Of a stretch of 64,000 bases of DNA, positions 49,695 to 61,589 are shown piece by piece (position 1 is the first letter of the stretch; each line of letters begins with the position of its first letter). Below the pieces are notes generated by a model, which saw only the letters and a program-made list of their open reading frames with translations, had not been told where the DNA came from and ran no database searches. Position numbers and translations under genes: made by a program. The stretch spans positions 30,866,213-30,930,212 of the forward strand of contig OZ234493.1 in NCBI GenBank assembly GCA_965153455.1, in the 5' to 3' direction. The DNA is from Sphagnum compactum. Its lineage: Eukaryota.

Positions 49695-51374
49695 ACCTTT
49701 GGTTAACGTTTATGTTTCTTTTTCCAAGCATTTAAAGGTTTCTTGAGTGTTAAGCATCAAGTTTTTTTACTAAGGGTTGGTTTGGGTAGCAATTAAAGTT
49801 TAGGGGTAGGGTTTTAGTTTGTGAAAATGTTAATTAAAAAGACCTATCAATAACATTTAAAAAATTTCATAAACAAAAATAACTTATTGTTTTTTGTTTG
49901 AGATAACAACAATTTATACCACACAATTAGATCATATATGGACTAATGCGCTAACACAACAATGCCATTTTTGATCAATAGAAGCTTATTGCATAGATCA
50001 TAAACCCATATATTTTGCATTTAAATTACCAAACTATGTTGCAAAATTCAATATTCCAAATAATACTACATCTTTTATATTTTATGTATATATGGACATA
50101 TGGATGTATGCACATTGTAAAATATAACACACTCAAGCAAAATATACATTTAATTATTTAAACATTGGTTATAATATTTTTAAAATATGTTTTAACATAC
50201 TTTTATTTATTACATTGATTTCAATTTTTTTCACATGTTCCCATGATATATTGTGAATGTTGTTTTAAAAATAAATCCAACAATTTCAACACCAATTTAA
50301 TTACTTTTTCAAAACATTAAAACCCAAGCATTGATTATGCTTCAGCTCATGTTAGTGTGGACACACCCTTACACACACATACATATACACGTGTATATTC
50401 ATTCGCTTCCATACATACAAATACACATCAAAACATACACATTCATAAATGAACATACATGTATTATGCATTATAGAGGGGAAAGGCCTATGTGTCCATG
50501 ACAGCTTGTTTCAATTTGGAAACAATGAAATCTCCCAAACTAGATTACACATCAAGTTTTCAATCTAGGTGATTCACATTGCCATCGAAGTAAGAGCAAA
50601 ACTATGATCAACCCAATACCACTTCCTTTCTCCAATCAATCAAATTCATTTGTTTATGCCTATAACAAAGACTACAAGTGCTTGAATATTAAAGGAGTGA
50701 CTATTGGAAGGTGGAACATCCTCCTCATCAATTTTTCTTATTGTATGTTGTATTCTAGCAATTCACTCATAATATTGCATGAAACAAGCAATGACATGCA
50801 TGTTAAAAGATCTTATGTTAAATTCTCTGTAAATTATTTCTCATTACTTCCATCACATCTTTGAAGGTGGGATCTCCACCTTCAATCAAATGTCTCATTC
50901 TTAAATTGTCTATTTGAATAAACAACATTCTAAAAATATGAATATGGATTGTCTCGACCATTCAACTTCAAAATCCCTTATACAATGAAACAATTTGATT
51001 GTCAAATGTTTAACCCTTGATCATTTGCGTTGTTTACAAAAATGACTAGTGGCACCAAAAACCATATACATGGAATGCCTTAACAACATGACTATTATGA
51101 TGAATTGGTGCATATTACCAACTATTATAAGATTGAAAGACAAAATGCATGCCCAACATTTTGTAATAATGGTGGCCAAGTAAATAAAAAATAAAAATAA
51201 AATGATATGTTTAATCACAAATATAAAATCACCAAATGAAGAACACATTACCAAAGCACCATTCATTCGAGTCGATGTAGGTCAAAGATGCAATGAGATC
51301 ATGAAAGCATAGAGAACACAAAAAAAAAATGCACTCAGGTTTGAGTGCAAAGGTGAAAAATGGATAATTGGTTT

Positions 51375-51795
51375 GTTTGCCTTGCCTACCAAGTCAGGGA
51401 TATTGTGTTTAGATTCACAATTATTTGTGTATAGAGTATAGTAGCTTCTGGGATTTTGGCCCCTAGGTAGAAAGTCTATTTTTGTATGAGGATTTTTGAA
51501 ATTCTAAACTTTGCATGCATGAACATTTTGACCTAATCACTAACCCATTCAAACATAAATATGAAATTTTCTAAATTTTTATACATTCATTTCAAAAAAT
51601 GATATATTTTGGCTTGTGTTGAAACTTGAGATTAGTCATAGAGTTATAATACCTTAAAAGGATTTTGGTTTCTTTTAGAGGATTTTTTGAAGATTATATT
51701 TTTTGCATGGTGAAATATAATTTGAGTTTCCATAATTCTTCTTTTGCTTTGAAAGATACTTTTTAATGCAAATGTCAAGGCCACACACCCATTGT
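51375..51795 (-). repeat. Dispersed non-coding repeat, copy B
   Basis: Reverse complement aligns with 14568-15095. It lacks the 14842-15042 insert and has its own roughly 90-bp extra segment at about 51500-51590. Confidence 0.85.
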
Positions 51796-52245
51796 TTTGT
51801 TTTGTGACCCACATATTTAACCCACTCTCCCCCAAACTGTGGGGCCCTAATTACACTTTTTGGTATCATCATAAATCTTTCAGGAAGGCAAATATGTGCT
51901 CAAATGGTTGTTTGGATCAATGGAGCAAACATCATTGAATTTATAGTTAAAAAAAAAATTCCTTGAGAATTAATTACAAATTATTAATAAAATTGGTTTT
52001 AAAAACCAATCAATGCTTCTTCATCATATTGGCCCTTTTATTTGCTCTTTCACACCCTAAATTTTAACACCCTTTCACATTCCAAGTCTTAACAATTGGG
52101 AAAATGATGATTTAGTTCACACTTGAACAAATAATTTTTTTTTTATCACAATTGAGTTTTATTTGAAAAATCATGTTTTTTAGATCTTTGAAACTTAAAG
52201 ATGATCCCATTTAGTGTGTGTGTGCGTGATTTATTTTTTTATTTA

Positions 52246-52249
<4 letters not shown>

Positions 52250-52278
<29 letters not shown>
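52250..52278. repeat. (CT)n microsatellite
   Basis: Run of ct dinucleotides. Confidence 0.9.
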
Positions 52279-52280
<2 letters not shown>

Positions 52281-54261
52281 GGGTGCAAAATTTTGCACTA
52301 TTGGATTAAAAAATAAAATAAAATATTGCAATATCCCTTGTGTTGTGAAAAAAATTCACAAAAATAGAGATATTTTGGGTCAGTTTTGTTAAATGTCTAT
52401 TAAAAAAAAAAATTAAATAAAAAAGTCTATCCCTCTTTGTTATAGGTAGGTAGGTAGACTATAAACTGAATTTTTTTGGGACATGTTCTAATAACAAGTT
52501 CCCATTTACTGCTAAATCTCTCATATGAAACTCCAGTAGAAAATTGAAAAAAGAAAATTGATCCCACTTTAGCCAATTTGCACTATCCACATTCAATGAA
52601 ACATTTTAAACTGATTTTTGAAAATTTCAAAAAAAATATTTCCTATTCAAATTCAGGCTATATCAAACCCATAGTTTTCCAATATTCACTTATTTTGGCA
52701 CCAAGTGGTAGGCCTCTTTCTTTCGTGCGAAATTTCGGACTGTCCCTAGATTCTATTTTATTTGATTTTATTTTAATTTTTTTGTTTCAAATTCAGGTTT
52801 AAGAAAATCGCCAAAAATCGTAAAAAATAATCGCCAGTTTCTATATGTGGTTCAAGTAGTGCAGCAAAAATATATACAAGGATTAAACAAGTTTTTCCTT
52901 TCAATTTTAAATAGCCAAATTTGGCTAAATGAACTTATCGATGATCACAACCTCAGTTACATCGAAAAATTGAAAAAGAAATTAAAAAAATTTGGTGCTA
53001 GTTGGTTTGGCATATGTGAAATAATTTTAATCAAATCCTATTTTCCCCTTTATTTTGGCTAAAAACTCAAAGACTTGGATTGGAAGTTTAGCCACCACCG
53101 GCGACAAAGGGTGACGGACGGACATGTGTAAATTTGTGGCGCAAGCGTCATGAGAACTGACGTTGCGAACACTCCAGAGAACGGCGCACGCACGGTCGAC
53201 TACGGCAGAAAACGGCCCACAGGGCGCCGAACGCGCCGCTGCCGTTGCCGTTGCGCCCACGTTACTGCGGCCGCACGGCACTCGATGCGTCGCAGCAGCG
53301 GTCGTGGCGATGGCGTCGCTTGCTCTTCTTCCCCCGTCTGATGGTCCTTATCTTCCTTGGGCGTGGGTCTGCTTCTATTGTTCCGTCCTTGCACTTAGGG
53401 CCGCACTTCTTGTCTTGTCGGTTAACGGCTTGGACGGTGAGCAGGGTGTAATAAGAAGAGCGAGGGCGGGTGAAGGAGAGCAAGAAGAACAAAGTAGAAA
53501 GAATTACAGAAGAGGAAGAAGAAAAGAAGCTTGGCGTGGGTGCCACGATTCAGGAAATCGGCTAGAGATGATGAAAGCATTTTGGCAAGGAGTTACGGTG
53601 ATGATGATGAGGAGGAGGCAGATGATATGAATAAAGAGGCGGAATAGATACATACATGCGTTTCCATCCGGTCTTCTTCTTCTTCTTCCAAACTCTATTA
53701 GATTGGGCCAACAACGGACCGGAGAGGGGACACACGTAATAGACCTTGCACAGAAGAAAAACATCGGGAAGTTTTGCAGATTTGCGGTAGGGAAAGAGTT
53801 GTATACTAAAGGAAAATGAAGACAGTAGCAGCAGCAGGATCGGCGCAACCAAATTGTAGGCGGGACGTTGCACGTGTAATTTGCACAAGCCTTTCTCTCT
53901 TCTGAGAGAGACTCTAGTGTAGGTTTTTCTCCAAACATTAGCCTGTTTGTTTTTTCAATAATTAGAGCAATCTATTAGTCTGGCATGTGGCTGCAACATG
54001 ATTGTTTTGCTTTTGATGCACCTCTGAGGAAGAGACAGTGTCTATGTACGAAGATGGCAAATTGAACATGGCAATTCACATACACAGAAGATGGCAACTT
54101 GTTTGTATCTTTTGCATACTTTGCCGTATTGTTGTTGATGTAATTTCTGACATGATTGTTGTTCTGTTCTGCAGGTTTTACTCCCAGTGACTGGTAGATG
54201 GTTGTAAAAGTCTTTGTATGAGCAGTGTTGCTTTTGAAATTAGGTGATTTGTATCCTGATA

Positions 54262-56751
54262 ATGGAAGTTAGTTCCAATGGAAATTCAGCTAGCAATTCC
54301 ACTTCTTATAATTTGCCTAGTTCTAATTGCTGGCGAAAACGGAATCAAGGCTGCAATGTTGCTATGGATCGACTTGCAGTTGCACCAGCAAATGGAGAAA
54401 ACTCCATACAGAGAAGTAGTAAACGAATTAGAGTTGCAAACCTTGAGGGCCTGCACTCCATGAAGCCCACTTGTCTGCAGAGCAGGTGTGCCAAGAGAGT
54501 ATTTGTCAGAGGAAAGCTGTCTAGTTGCTCAAAGGTGTGCCTGCTACCTTGGAGGAATGCAATCGCTGAGTGGTCTGCTCTGGAAAATGTGGAGGAATTT
54601 CCAGATGCCAAGGCCAAGCTAATCAAAGGGCTTGGTCTGTTTGATTCAGTCTTGAATATACCAGGGACATATGAAGACGCAGTTTTGAATGGACAGGGAC
54701 ACCAGCAAGCCATTGAAACTCAGGAACAGCTGATAAGGCAGTCCCAAGGTGATGCTGATGTGCAATTTGCATGGCCTCCCCTAGAAAATGAGGAGGAATT
54801 TGCACATGTCAAGACCAAGTTTATTGAAGGACTTGGTCTGTTTGGATCAGAGGCCCTGGTAACAGGGATCTATCGAGATTCCAGTCCAAAAGGTCAAGCA
54901 CGGCAGCAAGCCTTTGAAAGACAGGCACAGCTGGCAAGAGAGACCCGAGGTGATGCCAATGTGCAATATGCATGGCATGGGACTTCCAAGAGAGGGTTGT
55001 CAGGAATAATTCTACATGGCTTTGGACAGCCTAGGAGACCAAAGAATGGCTCGGCCTATGGTGTTGGAGTTTATCTTGCCCCAGAAAATCATGCTGATGT
55101 CAGGTGAAAGCTTCTTCCTTATGCACTTAGACTTGCATTGACATATACTCTTTATTCAGTTGAGCTGGGTCTTAACCTCCATTTTGTGGGCTAGTTCTTT
55201 GTGGAATGCAGTGAAGTTCATTGGGTGGCTTTGTGTAAGGCTCCTAGCACAATGAGACTGATCCATCAATTGTCTGTGTACAGTGCCATGTATGCAGATA
55301 GCGACAAAAATGGGGAGCAGCACGTGTTGCTGTGTCAGGTGATATTGGGGGCTGCAGAGCTGGTTTTACAAGGCTCTGATCAGTTCTGCCCAAGCAGCGA
55401 ACACTTTGACACAGGTGCAGATGATCTGATTGCTCCGAAACGATTGATTGTGTGGAGTACCCATATGAACACTCACATTTTGCCACTGTATGTTGTCAGA
55501 TTCAAGCTGTCTCCGAAATGGCATGGTATGCTTCTGCAGTGACTTGTTTTCTCTTTCTTCCGTCTATTTTTAGTTTGGTTGATATTCTTTTCTAAGGACT
55601 GTGTTTAGAGTAGGGATGTGGAATCTTGTTCTGTTTCTGATATTGAACCCAGCAGCAGCTGTTGAATTGGAGCTACTCATGCATGGTATCTGTTGGAACA
55701 TATCCCGTAGACTCTTATACAGAACAGCTGGCTAAGCATAGTGGCCTGGTTGCAGAATTGATGGCAGAATTCAAGTGGAAGCAGAGAGGAATTTCTAGAA
55801 CTTGGAATGAAGTTCCAGTGATATCTTCTTGTGTTTACAATAAGGTATGTCCTAAATTTATCTCTTTTGACTTTCACTTCCTTTAGCAGTGTTGTCAGTC
55901 AAGCATGCTAGATGGGTCTTGATTGTCCCAGCATAACCTCTGAAAATGCATACCTTATCATCAGTCTGTTACTGGTATCATGTGGACATCATCTACTTGA
56001 GATAATGATGAACATGTGATGGGGTTATTTTTGGCATGAACAAATGTTATCATACTGGTTACAGGAGCCATGTGCTTTGGGTCACTGTGCTTCCTGCTTG
56101 CTTTTTCTTCATAGGAGATATTCCAGACTGGCTAATCGGTTCCTTGGTTTGGACAAGCTGTCTGTGGGCTGAACAGTGTTCATGTTGTGCAGACACAAAT
56201 GCTAGCAGAAGAATGGTTTGACCATGGAGGTGGAATTCACCAGTATGTGCAAGGTCCAACATCCCCTTGTGTCTCATTCCCATACCTATTTGTCCTTTTG
56301 CGACAGCAACTGGCACCAGAAAACCTGTGTTTTCTGGAGCAGCAGTATGCTGCATTTAAGGTAGTGCACACACCCATATTCAAATTTGAAGTTGGTCACA
56401 CAGTTGATCTCCTTGGAAGCGTTGCCAATGCAGATTACCATGTGGTATTGATGTGGAATATTTTTCATTCCAGGCTGGGAGGCTGCAACGGGAACAACTC
56501 ATCAAAGTTTGTCGAGATGTTGCTGGAGATTCACAGTTGGTCAATGCCATTCAGCAGCTTTACAAGTGCCAGAAGGTACTTTTTCCAAGTGGCATGAGAC
56601 ATGGTTGAATTGGTGCTTCAAATATATGAATGTATTCTGGTTGGGTATTCACCAAAGGAAGGGGTGCTTTGGTTTGCAGGCAAAGGAACTAGAGCTGCTG
56701 AAGATCAAATATCAGACATTCCTACATCCAGTTGCACAAACCTTTGCATAA
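54262..56751 (+). CDS. RCD1/SRO-family protein (PARP-like catalytic domain + C-terminal RST domain), about 504 aa; exons 54262-55103, 55284-55525, 55756-55844, 56193-56360, 56474-56575, 56680-56751
   Basis: RGDANVQYAWHG, SAYGVGVYLAP, DKNGEQHVLLCQVILG, QFCPSSEHFDTGADD and LIVWSTHMNTHILPLYVVRFK are SRO PARP-like motifs. PTSPCVSFPYLFVLLRQQL...YAAFKAGRLQREQLIKVCRDVAGDSQLVNAI is an RST domain. Exon phases are consistent; the last exon and the start codon are less certain. Confidence 0.9.
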
Positions 56752-59700
56752 CTTGGTCTCTGACCCTGAAGCTGATGGTTGTTTGTCATCAAAGGTGGGC
56801 ATTGATGACATTTACCTGCGGGGCCGACATATTTGGCATTTACTGCGTGTTGTGTCTTCTCCAATTTATGAACCAGTTGCAGAAGACCAGCATGCTGAAG
56901 ACCAGAATAGTGACACCGGGCCTGCCTAGAAGAATAACTGTGTGTCATTTCACCCTTAATCAGGTCTATTCCACTGTTTTTGAAGGTGGACATTTCCAAC
57001 CGATGTAATTGGGTGTTATTGTTCTTAAGTTCTCCCTGGGGACTCTCAACACTCTGATGATGGGTGATTGCATCCAAGTAGTCACCAGTGGTGTGGTTAA
57101 AGCATATGTCCATGGTGTGTGAGGCACTACCCACTGCCCTCTATGTAGGCCTTTCCGTGCCTTAAGCTTAGATGCTTGCTTGTAGAGGGGCAAGATGTAA
57201 CGAAATGGAGCTTACTTTCACATGCTTGTTGCAGCTTGAATGAGGATACTTTTGACATTTTTGATTATCTGGGTCTCTTTAGTGCTAGCCAACATCACGA
57301 ATTTTCCTGTTGCTTTACTGAGTTGCAATAGAAACTCAGGATGCACATTTTTGTATAAGTTTTTGGCCAAAAAATTTGAGCAAATTATTATAGATTTGTC
57401 CACACCCACTGTTGAAAGCCAATGAAGTCAATTGGGAGTAATGGCAGCTAGTCATTCATTTATGATGAAGGTCTGATGCTTTGTGAGTGAGACTAACAAG
57501 GTTAGTACAGAACTCATTCTTTTCATATTTATTTTGGTTTAGCTGAAGTGACATATATGTTACCTTCAAAGTGTTATTGTAGAGTTGTCTCTGCAATCTC
57601 AGGTCATGATGTTACTGGTGGGATGCTGCTACCATGTGGCCACTGGCCATAACCACTAACTAGGGTATAGGCTTGATGAAGTAATTGAATCCCTGATCTC
57701 AGTTTTGGCACCAATTCTGTTGTTTCGGTCTTGTGCATGGAATTGCTAGTGTCTGATCTTTGATGTAGGCTAAGAAGCCTGTTGACTTATGAAGGCTCTT
57801 TGACAATGTGTAGCTAAGTCTGGTGGCTGACTAGTTATTTTGCAGTTAAATGGGTTTAAGTCTTGTTCAATATGATGTTTTCTTCTTAGAATTTTTACAA
57901 AGATGTTATGCTTCTATGGTCAACGGGCATCTGTAGAACAGGAGTTTCTTTCTTGTTGAAATTTGAACTAGTCAACTAGGGTTCATGATATGTTTATAAC
58001 ATGAGTTTGGTTGTTTTGAATAGCTTACCTGTGAAGCAAGTTTCTATGTTGGTGACCTGTGATGGTGTCAGCATGTTGAAACTGAATTCTGGTTGTAACT
58101 TTGCAGAATCTCACTAAGCTATCTTGTATCATTATGGGGAAGGAGCCACCACTGAATGTTGGCCCACTGATAACATGTGTATGCCTCCAGCATTGGCAAT
58201 CCTGTGTGTACGCACAATTATTAAATGATGTGGGGTTCAGTACCAGCAGGTTTGCTGATGAGCCTAAATGCATGGCTGTGCCCTAGTGACATAATCAACC
58301 TTTTTCTCTCGCTGCTCTATGTCATGCAGGAGAAGTTTTGAATCTAGCTCATATTCTGCAACCTTCATCTGCCCAGACAAGACCTCCAGGTCTGCACAAA
58401 TTTCAGTGATCAAGCATGGTCTAGATCATGTATGACAAACACATACAATCCATTGTTCACTTCAGCCCCAGGTGCAGCTTGACTATTTCCTTATGCCCCT
58501 TTGCTTTCTCTGTTGTTTAAGAATTGCACTGAGATTCCAGTTGGTAACAGCAGTGTAGGCCAATTGATAGCAATGCATGGACCACAGCATTCCAGGGTTC
58601 CATATGACAAACTTGTTTCGAGTGTGTTATACGGCACCATGATTTGTGCAAGCACCAATCAGGGCCATAGATACATGTGCACTGCCTATGTTATGCCGCA
58701 GCTCACTGCAGCCAGTGCAGCCGAGAGTACACCATTGCAGATAAAACTAGTCCCATGTAAGCAGAGTGCAGGCCTTCATTCACTAGCCTGGCATGTATGA
58801 ATACTACTGTTATTGAGCCCAACTGCTCCTCTTTCCAAGTGCCATGACTCTGGCACATGTGATCAAGAGACCATATTTCTATCAAGGGTATCTTGTTGAA
58901 CACGCCTCACGCCCCTGCAGTTTATGTATATCAATGAGGCTAGTAGTCATGAAGACATCAACCTTGAAACTGCTTTGAATGAACTATTCTTTGATGCACT
59001 TACCCTCTTCAAGTGCTTGTAAACTAGCACATGCATTGAGCAACATATCTCAGGTGAAAACAGAGTTTGGAAGCATGGTGCCTTCTAGTTATGTTTGGTG
59101 AAAAGGCTCCATTGTCTTGCTGGTTTGGGCCCTTGAAGTTGCAAATTCCCTCATGCCATAGAGTTCATCTTTGTTTCCACCCAGGTGGGAGCTCCATTAG
59201 TCAACAAGCAATGAAGTTGGGCAGAGTGTCTCAACATGTTTCTTCTTATGCTTGAAATCCAGATACTTGGAGCTCACCTACAACTGGAAATGCAACTGAT
59301 CAATCATCCAAGCCCTTGTCAAGACCAGGTAATTGCAAATCCCTGCAAGCTATGCTTCCTTTTCTCTATCAACAATCATGTTCAGTCTTACATTCTCCAG
59401 TGCTGTGGTCCCCAGCATTGCAAAGCATGGACAAAGAAACTCAGGTCAAGGTTCTCTCCTTTTTAGGTTACAGGAATATTCTGAAGTGGTGACAAACTGC
59501 ACGGACATGTGAGGTTTACAGATTCTTCTGGATCTTGAGTGGTGGATTGTCTATGGATGATCTCACAACAACTTTGTGATGACAACAGTATTATATGTCT
59601 TTTGAGGTCCTTCCTACCAAACATATTATGTCCTAGATCTATATTGACAGAACTCTAAATGGATCCTCTGATGTCTACAACCGAAGCCAAGTTAGAGATC

Positions 59701-61589
59701 TAAGTCTTTCTACCTGTAAAGTTGGTACTATCAAGGCAACAAGTGCAAGTAAACATAACATAGATAATGACCCATTTGCAACTTACTCTTGCTTCAAGGT
59801 ATGTGAGTAGGCAATGTACTTAAAAGGTTCATTGCTATGCAAGAATGTATATATCAGCAGTAACTGTCTGCTGTTGACAAGGTTGACACAGAGTGCTTGC
59901 AGTAGGTTGTGTGTTCTCTATTAGTGTATGACATATAGACAAATAAAATAGTTTACTCCTGGGCATATCATAGTGGTGAGATATAGTGTGTTACTGTAAA
60001 GTTTTCATTGACACGCTTTCCTGAAGCAACCATAGAATAATTTCACTGCAACTGGGTTTTAGAAAGTGATTTCTCAGCCTGAGTTTTGCATTTGAAGTTT
60101 GACCACAAAAATAACTGCACAGAAACCAAAATGAAAGAGTTTAACATGTTCAGACTTTCAGACCCTGCTCCATGGGTGTTAATAATCAGTTATGATTTTA
60201 AAAATGTCTTTTGAATACTCTCTACTCATCATGACATTCATTTTAAATTGTGGCAAATGCTACAATGACAAGTTAGAAATATTATTACATTACATTACAA
60301 ATCATTCAAAATAAACATGGATTTAGACATGACAAAAGGACAATTTGAATATAGCTTAAAATATATTAAAAATATAGAACAAAAATAAATTTATACCAAA
60401 GAGTAGCTTAAAAAATACAGCCAGGTCTCCAGATATCACCCATAAATTGCTTCTTAGTTCAAGCCAAAATTGTATTCTGGTGACTATATGGATGCAAAGT
60501 CTGTTCTCTCTGAGCATAGCCAACAAAGATGAGCTTTTGTCAGCCTGCTGAAATTGTACAACACTCTCAGGTCAGGTGTCATAAGGGCATCTCTCGCACA
60601 TGTTCAAGGCAAGGCAAGGAGGAAGATAAATATCTTCTTCGTAAGGATTTAGAGCTTCTCTACATTTTACTTTTGAAGTCCATTTTGTAGTCTCTCTCAC
60701 TCCCTAATAGAGATTTTGTCTAGGCAGCTATACATTTTCAATGAGATTGGTGATATCCAGAACCCCACAAGATGATCCACAAATTTTCAGACTAAAGATA
60801 TAACTTAAGAGAAAAGAAAACCAGTGTCGAGACTCTGTTGAATGGACCTTACAACTAGGAGCCTTTGGTTGGGATATGAATTGTTCAAAACCCCTTGAGG
60901 CATGCCGTGCACATTGCAAGTTGGGGCTTTGGAGTACATATTCTTGATTCCCCAAAATGTTTCTGCAAGTTGGGCATCCATATAATGCAATTGCAATTAG
61001 CATCTGGTGCAATAATCCCCCGAAGCCATTGGTTAGATCATACACAATTATGAACTTACATTTCCAATGTTCTGGTTTTTCATGTCAATTTGAGAGCCAA
61101 TTATTGTTTGATAATTTCAACATTCATGATGAAATTTCTTAAATCCATGTATTAATATTTGGCCACCTAAAAAAGGATTCGTGTAGGCATTGGAATTTTG
61201 GGTGGTGAGGGAAATTCACCATCCATGAACGTGACCAGGTCATGGATGGGGTTTTGTACAATTACAAATTGAAAAATATTCAGATAGGACACTCACTCTC
61301 TAGAGAAGCAAAGGTCCAAGGATGGGTTTTTAATTATCTGTTATAGATAGGAGAATTTAAAAAGGGTTTGTCCTCTTTCCCCCCAAAAAAGTTATTCTTC
61401 TTATTTTGGAAAGGAGAAATTAAATTAATATTCATGGCAAAGACATGATCCTTAAACAAAGAAGACTCACGCACACCAGCATAGCAAAAATCTGATGTAT
61501 CTTTTATTTTCTCTTTTCGTATATGAAAGAAGTTTGGCCCAACATAGAACCTATGTTGGATGGAAGTCAAGTAAGTATTGTTAATTGTT

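Noticed and set aside
51021..51266. YMVFGATSHFC, resembling the Copia protease motif WYxDSGATSH
   Set aside because: It is a single degenerate motif with no supporting integrase, RT or LTR, too weak to call.
53027..53630. Ala/Arg-rich ORFs on both strands
   Set aside because: This is the GC-rich promoter and leader of the SRO gene; no domain signature is present.
61219..61249. Hairpin ccatccatga...tcatggatgg as a possible miRNA
   Set aside because: The stem is only 10 bp and similar catccat/atggatg motifs occur in repeat DNA at about 39290-39375.
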